A stretch of DNA of 64,000 nucleotides from Laetmonice hystrix (Eukaryota), in contig OZ249436.1 of assembly GCA_965235115.1 (NCBI GenBank), positions 17,548,001 through 17,612,000 of the forward strand, given 5' to 3'. The position numbers and the translations under genes were made by a program. Shown piece by piece: positions 1 to 12,894 of this stretch. Position 1 is the first letter of the stretch. Each line of letters begins with the position of its first letter. The notes under the pieces were generated by a model, which saw only the letters and a list, made by a program, of their open reading frames with translations, did no database searches and had not been told where the DNA came from.

Positions 1-50
1 GAACGGTAGGATGAACGAATCTAGTCGACCAAGACCAAATTCACTTTTTT

Positions 51-247
51 TTCTTCTCTCTCTCTCTCAATCTCTCTCTCTCTCTCTGCATCCCTGTGCC
101 TCTCCCCCATATCTCTCTTTCTCCCTCCCTCTCGCCCTCCCCCATATCTCTCCTTTCCCCTCTCTCTCTCACCCTCTCTCTCTCTTTCTCCCTCTCTCTC
201 TATTGCCCTCCCCATCTCTCTTTCCCCTCTGTCTGTTTCTGTCTGTC

Positions 248-292
<45 letters not shown>

Positions 293-300
293 ATCTCTCC
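51..300. repeat. CT/CTGT microsatellite and polypyrimidine tract
   Basis: Visible (CT)n and (CTGT)n runs; they explain the low-complexity ORFs at 11-391, 21-215 and 96-386. Confidence 0.95.
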
Positions 301-649
301 CTTTCACTTACATTCTATACTACCACTACTATGCACGGCGCACCGAAGCAGACCTGGCTGGGAGGATCCCCTTTTGTTCAAAATGAAATGAAAAAGTTGA
401 AAATACATTTACACGCCTTCTCCGGCCTTTTCTTTTACCGGTGCCAAATTTTATACCTTGCGAGCCTTCGCATTATTAGCAGCACGTTAAGCACACATTT
501 CACACAAAGACATCAATAACTATCCCGACATGGGGAGACTATACATACATTGTACGCCGGAATCATACAAGTAGTCAGGTATATCACAGGAGGAGGGGGA
601 GGAGATTTTTCAGTCGAAAACTAGGTTATTAGGGAGAAATGTTCGGTGT

Positions 650-835
650 GCCAAAAGTGGGCACAGTGCATGGTGCATGACAGTCCGAAAATTATTAATA
701 AAGTGGTGCCCTCGAGAACGACAAAAGTGGGCTATTTTGGGACAAAAGTGGTGACCTGTGACAAAGGTGGGCATTTTGTGCGACAAAGGTGGTGACCTGT
801 GACAAAAGTGGTAAAAATGACAAAAGTGGTTGCTA
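650..835. repeat. Degenerate short repeat with core ACAAAAGTGG
   Basis: Core recurs about 7 times at short spacing. Confidence 0.7.
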
Positions 836-1002
836 CATATGTGTGTGGCGCTGTATTTTTACACAGACTCTCTATCAAGGGCATGCTCTAATAAATTTAG
901 TCTAAGAGTGTAGTTTTACTAGACAGAGTCCAGTTCAAGGGGTGTCTGTATAGTGTGACAGTAAGATTTTCCCATTTGTAGGCCTACCTGTATCGTCAGA
1001 GC

Positions 1003-1222
1003 AATTCTTCCCGAAAGGTTCTACAATTCTTCCCGAAAGGTTTTACTATTCTTACTGAAAGGTTCTACAATTCTTCCCGAAAGGTTCTACAATTCTTACC
1101 AAAAGGTTTTACTATTCTTACTGAAAGGTTCTACAATTCTTCCCGAAAGGTTCTACAATTCTTACCGAAAGATTTTACAATTCTTACCGAAAGGTTCTAC
1201 AATTCTTACCGAAAAGTTCTAC
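1003..1222 (-). repeat. 22-bp minisatellite copying the CARD gene A exon 5 end and splice donor
   Basis: About 10 units; minus-strand unit GTAGAACCTTTCG|GTAAGAATT matches the real junction at 1210/1209. Confidence 0.9.
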
Positions 1223-2517
1223 ACGCAGCTTTGTCCATTCTTGATTTAGGGCTGTCAGCTCTCCCTGTGATATTGAATATAAAAAAAGAAAACTGAATGT
1301 TAAAAAAGATTCTTTCTTTCAATTTGGGAGATGGACAATTGGCTTTATTTTATTTAATTGAACGGTCGGGGGGATCTAATTTGAATTTCGATGCAACATA
1401 AGTGCTATACGTGTATGCAGCTACTCACGCGTAATTCATGCCTTCCCTGGTCACCCAGGAGGTGGATGTTGTGAAGTTTCTGTAGCATCTTGCCAACTTC
1501 CCCAAGGTCATGTTTTAATTGTGAAGTGTCTGGTATCATAACTGGAACACCAAAATTTTGGAACGATGTTTCATTTGGCTAATGGATTCATATGGCGTAA
1601 AGTACATGGTCAAATGACTCCAATTCCGAAACCCCTTGTTAAGAAGGCCGACAGAAAGTGATTGTTGACAAACTTACCAGCAGTTGGGAAAATATCAATG
1701 ACTTTTTCTCTGCCTGTGTCCACAAGGCAGTCAATTAACTTGCCGTAGTGCCACATGTACTTACACCGCATCAAGTCAAGTAACTGCCTAGACCGGGCGC
1801 GTGTAGTCTGCAATGTCTGCAATGAAATAAAATATGTGGGGTCAGTTGGCCGTGTATAGTCAGTATAGCAGGCCCCTACCCGGGGGGGGGGGGGATCGGA
1901 CCACTCCCCCCCCCCCCCCAAGGGGCAGAGGTCCACTTTTCCTTACAAAGAAGTATATGTACAGCTTTTTATTCTTGCCAGCTTTCGATGGAGAGCAAAA
2001 CCGCCGTCAAGCCCTGGTTGGCTATTTTTACCCAAGTGGTCCATCCTCACCTTTGTCGTATAGGTTCTAACATCCATTTCTTTCCAGGAACCAACTATAA
2101 TTATAAATGATGGCAAGAAATGATTAGTTTGTAGGCCTACCTTCAGTTCGTCAGCATTGTCCATAGTGAGAACACCCTGTTCCTTTAGGTGGTCTAGGAA
2201 CGAATCATCTATCAATAGGCTGTTGACGAGGTCCACCCTCCGAGAGGCGAATCCATTCTTCACCTCGTCCTGGAGGGGATGATTCCGTAAGACCGGATCT
2301 CGAGCCTGGAGAAAAGGACAGAATCTTTCAAACTGGCGGGAAATCTTCATTTGTCAACATCTAGATTACATAATTATATTCTAGTAATCTTTTATGCACA
2401 CTTTTATCAGTCAACACTTGACATTTGAAAGTATGACAATCTTACCCGCCATTGCGATTCTGTAATGCGGTTTGCGGTCGGTGTATCCATTTGGTGTCTC
2501 GATTCGTAGTTTGCCAT
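1210..2517 (-). CDS. CARD (death-fold) domain gene A, 5' five exons; 3' part not found in window
   Basis: Exons 2517-2446, 2305-2141, 1816-1678, 1541-1429, 1264-1210 (72, 165, 139, 113, 55 nt), GT-AG and phase-consistent. Peptide RRVDLVNSLLIDDSFLDHLKEQGVLTMDNADELK..RSRQLLDLMRCK..YGKLIDCLVDTG has the CARD pattern. Exons 2-5 have the same sizes as in paralog B. Confidence 0.85.
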
Positions 2518-4332
2518 CAGGAGGACGGAAATCTTGTCCAGGACGACATGCTGTTTCATATATCTTCTAACTGATCTAAACGTTTACCAGGAGACGAATA
2601 GAAATATGTCCTGATAGAGTACCTCGCTCCGGGAATACATGGCACGAGTCAGGCCGACACCACAGTATTCTAATCATGAAGGACTGCTTTACCTGAGAAG
2701 TATAGATTTTCTAGGCTTGATTTCCGTCAATCATAGACGAGATCAATCGATCGAGTTGTTTTTGTTGTTATCACATACTGCGTGGGACATAGGCCCTAGA
2801 ATGTGGCATCCAAGGACAGATCAAGGATTTTGGAAAGGGTAGTTTTTGTAAGGGGGGAGGGTAGGATAAGAAATTCAGTTGTTCTATGAAGAAACATTTT
2901 GGTTGCCAAGAGGGGGATCCCGTAACTTCCTTCGATTCTGCATGCCTACGGTTAATGAAATACGTCAGGGCCGTGAATTGCATTGAGGCGGCCGAGGCAG
3001 CTGCCTCGGCTAAATTTCCAAAAGTTAAAAAAATATGATGCCCTCAATTGCCCTGCCCCCTTTTTCAATGGGAGACATAAGATGGGCATATGTCCTCGCA
3101 AGTCATAGGCTTTTGATTTTTATTTCCAGATGCCGGGAAATAACTTTTTAGCCGTCCAAATTAGAACATTTTCTGCCCCCCGCCCACCGCTATACTTGAA
3201 TGGCCAAATTTCCTTTAAATTTACAGCCCTGACGGATACTGATTATAGCCTGCTTGTCATAACATGATATCTTTACTATACAAAAACTAGCGTTTTGCAA
3301 TCATTCACTGTCATCTTTTTTTCTAATTCAGATATAAGAATTAAATCGACGCTCTTTGAATACATTTATTTTAAAGTTCCTGCTCGAGAGATGGTGTCAT
3401 TTTGAACGGAGAGATCGACGTCCTAAAGGAAGAATTTGAAACTCTCAACACAGTAGTCCGCCCTATCTTTAAGTGGTCCTTGAATTTTTTTGCCATATTT
3501 ATCTCCACTTCTACCCTGGATAGGAGACAAGGAAGTGGAAAAGTAAATGTAGCTACTAGGCCTATATTCTCACTTGAATATACATTCAAGTTGCATGTCG
3601 CCAGCGGTCTGACCCAGTTAGACTGAACCTCGTTTTCGGTCGCGAGACTTAAGTGCCAGATCCACTAAGCCGAATCTCTTGCGAATTTGCCGTCGCGCCA
3701 AATTCGCATGATCTCATGAGCTGTCGGCGCGGATTTCGCTGTAGTGGATCAGGTATTCGCATGAGATTCGCAAGATCTCATGCGAATTCGCTTGGCCATG
3801 AGAATGCCAACCGACAAAATCCCAACGTAAATGACACGTATTTCTTGCGAATTTGCCGTCGCGCCGAATTCGCCTGATCTCATGAGCTGTCGGCGTGCAA
3901 ATTCGCTGTAGTGGATCAGGCGTTCGGTTGAGATTTGCATGTCGCATGGGAATTCGCGTGGCCATGAGAATGCAAAGCGAAAATATTCAAACGTTTAGAA
4001 ATTTTCGCATGGCTCGCTTGTGATCGCTTCACTTCTCCAAGATAGCCAACTTTGCTGTCCGGGCGGCGTTTTTAGTTACCGAGATTGATACTAGGTGGCA
4101 GGGGCCGGTCATGACCAAATCTGGGATCGTACACAAACCAGCGACAACTTGGTCGCTTTTGGCACGGTGGTTTGAGCTCTTCCGTCAGCTGTGACAGGGA
4201 GGAGGCCTACGTTAGCCGGTCGCCACGCTCGCAGTTATGCGAATACCTACCGCCTGTGGCGAGTTCCACTGCCAAAACCCAGCCCGGTCACTCTACCAGG
4301 CCGTAGTCTACTACGCCCTGCCTAGGTCGCGC

Positions 4333-4787
4333 CGGTGTGGCGTAGGCCTGCTTCCGCCGTACTGTACATTCCGCTCAGCCATAGATACTATACCCTGCTT
4401 GGAGCCATCACTGACCGAGACTTGGACGCACCAAGTCCCGTCAGCATGAAGTTGACCTCTCGGTGTCCTGCCGCGAAAGCTTCTTTAACTGGCATAATCC
4501 AGCTAGTTTTCCATTTTACACAGAATACGTACGCCCGATACTTACAATAACCCCTGGTGGCACTACAAATGTTTAGATTGGGTTTTATAAAATACAATTT
4601 AAATAAGTACACAATCGTGTACGATTGCCCAGTGCCCGACAAGTCACGGCCAGAGAGACCGGCTGCCCAACTGCACTCTTGCGGCTATTGGTGCGTGCAA
4701 GTCCCGGTCAGTGACAGCTCCCATTGCAGCCGGGAAGGTGCCTGAGCGGAATGTACAGTACAACGGAAGCTAGAGTACGCCACACCG
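4333..4787. mobile_element. MITE with about 45-bp terminal inverted repeats
   Basis: Left CGGTGTGGCGTA..CTTCCG..GTACTGTACATTCCGCTCAG pairs with right CTGAGCGGAATGTACAGTAC..CGGAAG..TACGCCACACCG. Confidence 0.75.
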
Positions 4788-4799
4788 ACCCTCAGTGCC

Positions 4800-5175
4800 A
4801 GTGTACTATGAAATATTGTTGCCTATGAAATATTGCAGCATTGCGTCACTGCATTATTTCACAGCCTGTAGCTATGAAATATTGCTGCCTATGAGATATT
4901 GCAGTATTGCATCACTGCATTATTTCATAGGCAGCAATATTTCATAGCCTGTAGCTATGAAATATTGCATAGCCTATAGCTATGGAATAATGCCGCCTAT
5001 GAAATATTGCAGTCATGAAGTAGCCTAGTCCATGTACTGCAATATTCCAAGGACTGCAATATTTCATAGCTATAGCTATGGAATAATGTCGCCTATGAAA
5101 TATTGCAGTCATGAAATAGCCTAGTACTGCAATATTTCACGGACTGCAATATTTCATAGCCTATAGCTATGAAAA
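4800..5175. repeat. AT-rich repeat of TATGAAATATTGC in both orientations
   Basis: The motif and its reverse complement GCAATATTTCATA recur many times. Confidence 0.75.
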
Positions 5176-6884
5176 AAAAAGCCTCCTATATTGTACGTGA
5201 AAGTAACATCGGGCCTAATAGGGCCTCCTCGGTCATCCAGGAGCAACATAACTCTGGGTCATGCAGCATTGAAATAGACCAAAAGGGGCCCAAAATGGCC
5301 ATGATTACAATAACATCATGCAGAGCTTAGCGAGGCTAAACAATTTTTTAGGTGGGCCCCCCCTTATCAAAATCCTGGATCCCCCGCTGCTACATGTCTC
5401 TAAGCTGTAGAATTAGCGCCAGTTGGCCAGAGCGAGCCACTCTCCGGACGGAGATCGTTCACTTCATTCAATCTCTGCCGCACGCTGGGTACTTCCGTTC
5501 GAGTGACCCTTGACCTGACCTAGAAATCCCCGACCGAAACAGCCGAACATTGCCGAGCTCGAACCGTGGCTGCTCGATTTTCCTGAGGCACTCTTGTTGT
5601 TTACTTTTACGGCGCCGACTGTCAGAATATGATGCCACACAAACATCTAAATCGTAGGAGAAATCATCTGCAGCCCTTATGTTGAACGGAAGTAGGCCTA
5701 CCTAGTCAGAAACAAGTATTTCGAATCATCCCGAAATCGGCCAACCGACTTGCAACTCTAGCTAATTTCCCTCCGCAAATGTAGTTCCTAATATTTCATC
5801 AGATATTTCTCTTTTACGGTAAATGTCACTTGTTATAATCTCGTTTTTGGGATTTAGAAGTACGTTAAATTGTAAGGGTGGCCGCCTTTGCAAAAACAGG
5901 GTTAAACGCGTAGGGGCCCGATTTTGCCCGTAAAAAGTCAGGTGTGGCAGAGGGGTAGTGGAGCGAGCCCCACTGCATTATGGGAGATTGAGAGCGAGCG
6001 TGTCAGAGCCGGGTACCCGCTCAGGGTTGAATAATCTCACTGACCACTAGATGGCGCGCCAGTGGGTGGTCGGGTTTAGACTGGTCCCCTGTCTACCACT
6101 TACATCAGTAGCGTAGTGGTGGCTTTGGGAACCAGTGTAGGTCGGGTTGAATAACCTCACTGACCGCTAGATGGCGTACCGGTGGGTTGTCGGGCCGGAT
6201 AAGCTAGGTGGCGTGCCGGTGGTCTGGACACTGGTTAAACGGCTACCCTCGACCGATTTCATTGTCATCATATTTCGTCTGTCGATGTGACCTAGGCCTA
6301 GGAACAGCCAATCAGAAACAGCCTCGGTCGTTCCGAGTGGGGTCAGGGTGGATAACCTTCCCGACCACTAGGGCCGAGTTCGTTTGGAACTGTAGAGTCG
6401 GTCCGACCGCTCCGAGTGCCAATCGAACTCAACAAAACCCGAGGGTAGCGATCCGCGTGACGTCATATTTGACCTATTTACCCGGTCCGACTCAACCCTG
6501 GCCGATACGAGGGTTGGGTCCGACAAATCACGTGACAAGAACGCCGTAAATCGGTCTGTGAATCTGGGCCTTTGGGCAGGGCATCTGTCTCGCGACTAGC
6601 ACCAGCGAGGGCTAATGTGGCAGAGTAGGGACAAATCACCGAAACAAATTACATTCGGTAATGTTTGCTCCGACACCAAACGGGTATAAGGATGGAAACA
6701 AAAATGAAAATGTTTAGAGCACGGAAAAATGGTAGGTTGGAAACCAAATTGAATGTTTAGAACAGAGGAAAATGGTAGGAATGGCTAAAATGTTTTATTT
6801 AATTTTTGTAGCACTACAAATTAAACCTATACAGTATTAGTTTAATCTAATTATACATCAGGGGCAAAGACGCAGGCCGCCTAT

Positions 6885-9800
6885 TCAAAGATTTTCCAGC
6901 TTTCTCTCCTGGACCTCCTTTCTGTCGGCCTTTCCTGGCGAGTTCCTCTTTTCACAAAACTGGATCCTCCTCTGGATACCTCCGTGTGACTGTACGGAGG
7001 GGGGTAAGATCGACTTTGGTAGATTAACAACACAAACAACTGGCTGGTTTGTAGCTGTAGGTAGTACGTCATCGACAACAGTGACGTTTCCTGTGGCCAT
7101 GTCAACCGCCGTCACGTCACGTCTGTAGGCAAAACTTCCACTGTCGTCGAAACAACCTCCTCCTACCACGTAAAGTATGTTACCCAGAACGACGGACCCC
7201 GCCTGCCAGTGTGCCTGTTTTAATCTTGACAACACTGACCACTGCTGTTTGGTCGTGTCAAACACTTCCACAGGAAGCACATTAACTCCCTTGTCGTCCA
7301 TCTTGTCCATCCCTCCACACACCACCACCCGACCCGGCACGGACCCTGCCGTGTGGTACCGACGACGGTTTATCATTGACGGTGCTGTGGTCCACTCCCC
7401 ACGTCTCTCGTCATACGTACAGACACTATTACTGATACCACTGACCGAGCCACCAGTAGCATATAAAATCCCATCACATAGAGTGCTAGCGTGAGCGGAC
7501 CTTTGTCCAGCCATACTGGCCGCTGGCGACCATCTTAGCGTGGTTAGGTCGAATTGTTCGCATGAAGAGTATCGCTGACTTCCGTCTCGTCCGCCGACAG
7601 CCAGAACAGCCTCACCACTGGGTAGAATGTCCACCGTGAACAGTGTCCGGGCCACAGCCATTGACGGCAATTGATGCCATGAGTTAAGATGAGAGTTAAA
7701 TAACCAGCAGTCGTTTCTCGCTGGTGGCTCACTTTGATGGAATCTGTCCTGGCCGCCGATAATGATCACATAAGGACCAATGCAGACAGCGTTAGAAGTG
7801 GCTGTTTTGACCTGAAGATCAGTTGTCAAGGTCTCAAACGGTAGAAGCCGTCCGTCTGATAGCATCGGAGCAGCCATCATAGCGGGGATAGGGTCACCGC
7901 CAGTAGAACCTCCAACAACAGTCAAACATCGGGTCGACGGCCCTCCACCAACAGGGCAATGAATGCCAAGTTTCGCGAGTGCGTTGTCGACTTTTATACT
8001 TCCCTTGTCGAATAACACTGTAGAAAAGGAAACGTCCTGATCAGTGTCCGTTCCATTTTTCCGACTATCCATAGTTACTTGTTCACAGGCATGGATTATG
8101 GACTCGTTTATGTCGCCGTCACGGATGTATTTGGCCACCTCGCGGACCACATCAACATTATTAGGCGTTACCATCAGATGACCAGTGTACAACAGATGCA
8201 ACACCACACCAAGACCAGCCGCTGGTATGTTGTCCAGCTTGACCCGAGGGCTGACACTCTTTGAAATTTGATCGTCGATGTACTCAGAATAGGACCCGAT
8301 GATTTTAGAATGGACAGGAAACTTGACTCCGTCTGCCTCGAGCTCTACGTCGATGTCTTCATCCTCGGCTCGCAAGAATTGTACAGTTGAAATGGGGTTG
8401 TCTCGGTCGTAACATTTAGTGGGACAGCACCGTTGAGAAATAGTACATAGTCCTGTAAATACGACACAGGCATTACCTTTGGTATTCTACAGTCACTTCT
8501 AACTACTATAGTTCGAGATTTCGGGCAACTAAAAGACTTAAAAGAAATCACATAAAATAAGGTGGATTCGGCCGCGAATAAAAATAATGTTACCATCCTC
8601 CTTGATCCAGTATCCGAGACTGTGGACGAGGTGGTGCTGCCCAGTTATTGCCAGACGATCCAGGAAGCCGTAGATCTTCTGTAGTGATTTCTGTTGGATG
8701 ATCTTCAGGAGCGTCCGGTTCCTATCCCGTTTGGTCTTTTGGGGATCTGACTGGAAACGAGAGAGTAATAACTCCCGATAACTCTCTTTCAAGTCTCTCT
8801 AGAACTCCCCCACCCGTCCTTCAACAAGCAAAGGGCCTATCAAACAATAGTTTTGTCAACTTTATGTAAGAAACTGGCGTATACCTTAAGTCGCTTGATT
8901 TCTGAACGGGTAAGTATTGTTCCGGTTAGATTCTCCAAAATAACGTCGCAGTCTATGGTCTTCATGAAGTAAGGTTCTGCCTTTTGAAGGTCCCTCTTTA
9001 GGAGTTCCTCCAGGGGCAGGGTGTCTGAATCATCTGTTTGAGTACCCTCATCCTTCGTGGCAGGTCCTGCAATGAATGGTGTCAAAAACTGCGTCACGTA
9101 CGACGGTCACATCACGTCGAAATGAGTCGCGTCCCAACGCAAGACGTCGCATCGCATCAATCAATTAATCTATATTACTTGGAGATACCAATGAATTGGG
9201 CTTGACACTAAATATGTATTATTTTCATATTTATTAAAGGTGGATATATCAACTATGTACGGGCAACAGGCTTAACCCAAATGAATTTTAGAATGTTTCC
9301 TGGTAGAAATTGTTAGAACTACAATGGAATCGAACTCCGATCCTAAGATTAGGCCTACTTCACCAAGTCGCAGTGCGGGGGATGCGTAGAATCAAAACGA
9401 ATTCTTACGGAAAACTCTAAATACTCTATCGTTCCACATCCGATTAAGGCTGGCCATCCAACCCTGAAATAAGGAAAACGCAGGGTTATAACCTTTCCTG
9501 TGAGGCTTTATACTTGCGCCGACAAGTTAAATTCAATATTCTAATCTTTTCACGCACGAATCTCTATTAGAACCATTTATGGACGGTCGTTGATTCAGTG
9601 TTATGTGTCATCTACAGGACTTCCCGCAAGATCTAGAGGGGGCTCATGGCATGACACAATAAGGCTTGACTAACGGGTGGTGGTGTCTTATTCTTCACTT
9701 CTAGCAGGCAGGGAAATTATAGGGCCCAGCCCTAAAGGGCACAGAGCACCGGGCATCAATAAACACACGAACTGAGCGAACTGAGCGAACTGAGATCGTC

Positions 9801-11614
9801 TAGTTATGCCTGGGGGGATTCCCCATAGGGACTGGCTATTGACACCAACACGGAAACAGCTGACCTAAATTAGTTTGACTAATTCCTACACGAAACAGTG
9901 TGTTTGGGTTAGGGTAAAGGTTAGGCCTAGGGTTAGTGTTAGTTTAATCCCAAAATTGTTGTTAAAATAGTCAATAACTTCCGGCCGTGACGTCATACCT
10001 GAAGTCACTGGTTTGTAGCACGACTAATCGATCTCAGTTCGCCCAGTTCGTTCAGTTCGCTGTTTATGATGCCCCAGAGGACCTGCCATGCACTACACGT
10101 CCTTACCTGAAGGCCTGGCATCTCCTCCTCGCTGAGAACATGGAGGTTGGCAAGTCTTGGCAGGATCTCCTCAAGTGTTCTTATGTCCTGCTCTGTGTCA
10201 CCAGAAACCGGCACGATAACTATAAGCGAGTGCATTGGTATATATTACACCTTGTCGACCATATGTCAATTCTACCAGGGGCACGGGGTCTTTATGCGCC
10301 AAGTCGGTAAAGACAAGGCTGCACATAAAATTTTCTTTATGCCATATTGTCAGTTGTGATGACCCAATTGCGGAGCACTGGGACGGGAAAGTGGGACAAT
10401 GGTACTGGAAGGAAATAACCCCTTCTAACCCACTTTAGAGAGACAGGCTCGTCGTGTACAGATATGATTTCATTCGGCTGCACATTTCATTTCATAGCTA
10501 GAGACAACTTGAGCAATGGTCTACAAGAACTTACCAGGGGATGGGAGCAGCTTAGCAACATGGTCTCGGCCCATGGCCTTCAGGCAATCAATTAACTTGG
10601 CGTAATGCCACATCGACCTCCGGGTCAGCAGGTCAAAAAACATGCTTGACTGAGAATTTCCCGGGGTCTTGGCCTGTAACGATGACATAATGGGTCTGAA
10701 GGGTAGGTTAATCGTTAGTGCAGAGGTACCATAATTGTTTATCTTCATCATTACATTATAATAACTTGTGATAGAATAAAAAACAAAATGTACATCGTAT
10801 ATCACATGTATTATACTTATTCTATGGGTATTCAGGCACACAATGTACGGGTATTCAGACACACAACGTATGGATATTCAGACAACGTATGGGTATTCAG
10901 ACACAAGACGTATGGGTATTCAGACACATGACGTATGGGTATTCAGACACACGACATACCTTCAGTTCGTCGATGTTGCACTTATTGAGGATCTCGTCTT
11001 GTATAATATGGTTAAGGAACCGGTCGTTGATCAAGAGGTTGTCGGCGAGGGCCACTCTCCGACGGTTCAGGCCTTTTCTTACCTGGTATTGTAGGGGGTG
11101 ACCTTTTAACGTCTCGTCTCGAGTCTGGATGGAAATCAGTGGCCCCGGTCTCAGAAAGGCTCTAGGCAGCAAGTTTTAAGCTAAGCAGAGCTACGGCAGC
11201 CTATAGGGACATAGACCTTAAATATTGTTTTTAACTTTCCAAATTGATTTTCATCGATATTATCACAGTAATAATAATTTTACTGCGTGGTGGTAATATT
11301 TTCACAGCGGTGATTTTTCCACTCCCGTGAAAATCGATATAGAAAGTTAAAGTGTCCTCCTGCTAAGAGCCTTTCGGAAACCGGTAGGCGAACACATCGT
11401 CAAACAGAGCGGAATTTCTAAAAAAATCAGAAACAGTTTACGTTCCCCTTTACTAACAAAACTAACACGCTATTATCCAACGAACACCTCAGAGTTCGTA
11501 GTGAAACTGAATGTAAAAATCAGAGTGACAAACAGCTAGAAACGTTACCTCCCACTGTAATTTCGTTATCCTCTGCTCTGAATTAGTACGATCAACTTCG
11601 GTCGCGTCTGCCAT
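6885..11614 (-). CDS. CARD-CARD-BTB-Kelch protein (gene B), about 814 aa
   Basis: Exons 11614-11549, 11124-10960, 10673-10535, 10219-10107, 9463-9409, 9066-8885, 8750-8594, 8452-6885 total 2445 nt, GT-AG and in frame. Last exon encodes a BTB (DVELEADGVKFPVHSKII..LLYTG) and six GG-containing Kelch blades. Minus-strand AATAAA at 6799-6794. Confidence 0.8.
9752..10074. mobile_element. MITE-like palindromic insertion in gene B intron 4
   Basis: GGCATCAATAAACA..GAACTGAGCGAACTGAGATCG at the left is the inverse of CGATCTCAGTTCG..TGTTTATGATGCC at the right. Confidence 0.65.
10820..10957. repeat. 23-bp minisatellite abutting the gene B exon 2 donor
   Basis: GTATGGGTATTCAGACACATGAC about 6 times, ending at the donor at 10959. 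Confidence 0.85.
11141..11385. mobile_element. MITE of the GGCCCGGTTTCAGAAAG TIR family
   Basis: Imperfect TIRs; related sequence at about 17579, 30509 and 30750-30905. Confidence 0.6.
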
Positions 11615-12894
11615 CTGTAAAGAAGGATACAAACATTTCTCTGGAAGTGATCAAAAGTTATATTCGGGAGTATTTTCCGCCAGGGCCATGTGTCTATGAC
11701 CGTCAACTCCAGACACGACCCTCTAGAGCACGTTAATTGTGTGTGTGGTTTCAGAAAGTCTGGAAAGAGAAAGTTTGTATAGCTCCTTTCTGGAATCGAA
11801 CCACGGCCCCAAGATTACTGCACCCATTCGCATAGTATAAGGCATTAAGTTTCATTCCCATCACTCGGTGACCGCCAATTCCATGAAAATCAAGCGTTGG
11901 TGGTGGTCGAGCAGGACAATGGACCCTCTCCCCTGATGATCAATCTCATTGTATGTTCAAGTCAATGTCAGGTCCACGACACGTAAGTTTTTGTAGATAA
12001 CCAGCCATAAGCCGATCGCTTCATAACGACAACAGGCAACTGCAATGTTGAGTTCTATTAGATTTCTCCATTTCTGTGGGTACATTTATTGATTTATGTA
12101 GCCTACAGCCTTATCTAACCTAACACCCCATGTATCGTGATGGACTTTAATAACGTGATTCCTTTCATTGATCGTCCTGACTACCATAACAAGTAGAACA
12201 CTGATAAGAGGGGCTAGAATTTCTTAAGGAGATCACTTATCAAGCGAACTATTATGTATCCGCCATACATTACCTACTTGCCAAGCTACAGGTAAAATAT
12301 ATGACCACCTTACAGTTAATTCAAACATACAATTCTGTTCCCGTCCACAGTGCCCGACCGCCGATTTCCGGTCGTTTGAACACAGTCGGTTCGAAATGTT
12401 CACGTATTGCCGATCAGTCCGACCTTCACGATTCCACATTCAGACAGTCGGAACGGTATGTGCAACCGGCTTTTTAAATGGGTTACTTAGTACTAGCCTT
12501 TGTTGATAGAAATAGCTAAGGAATGAAAAGCACAAAATCTTACGTTATGTACATCGAAGTCCTGAGATGGAATTGGCCGACTTCAAAGTCCGAGCGTCGC
12601 AGTGTGTTTGAACACCAAGAGCCGAAGAAAACGGCAGTAGGAAGTTGAAGTTTTATATCTCAGTCAATCCCCTGACCTATCATGTACGTTGACTGGAGGA
12701 ATCAGATATGATATCGCTAAACTGTAACACCAATGAACCTTCCCCGACTGATCACTGACGTCATAAGGATTTCGTGTTTTTTTTTTATTTGGTAGCTTTA
12801 ATGTTCCGGTTTTGTTTTTCTAGCTTTCCTCGTGATGTGTTCCACAAACGTGTGAGCCTTATCTTCATTTTAGTGGATGATCACTGCCAACAAG

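Noticed and set aside
11..391. ORFs of 64-126 aa at the window start
   Set aside because: Translations of CT/CTGT microsatellite.
3650..4050. Structured ncRNA in the GC-rich GCGAATTTGCCGTCGCGCC repeat region
   Set aside because: Direct and inverted repeats typical of a MITE interior; no RNA-family features and no clear termini.
6885..8375. Standalone single-exon BTB-Kelch gene as in the ORF track
   Set aside because: Starts at TTG; the frame stays open to a good acceptor at 8453 that matches the phase of the upstream CARD exon.
9320..9380. tRNA gene suggested by a B-box-like GTTCGATTCC on the minus strand (also near 11790 and 39370-39520)
   Set aside because: No cloverleaf could be built; more likely short repeat remnants.
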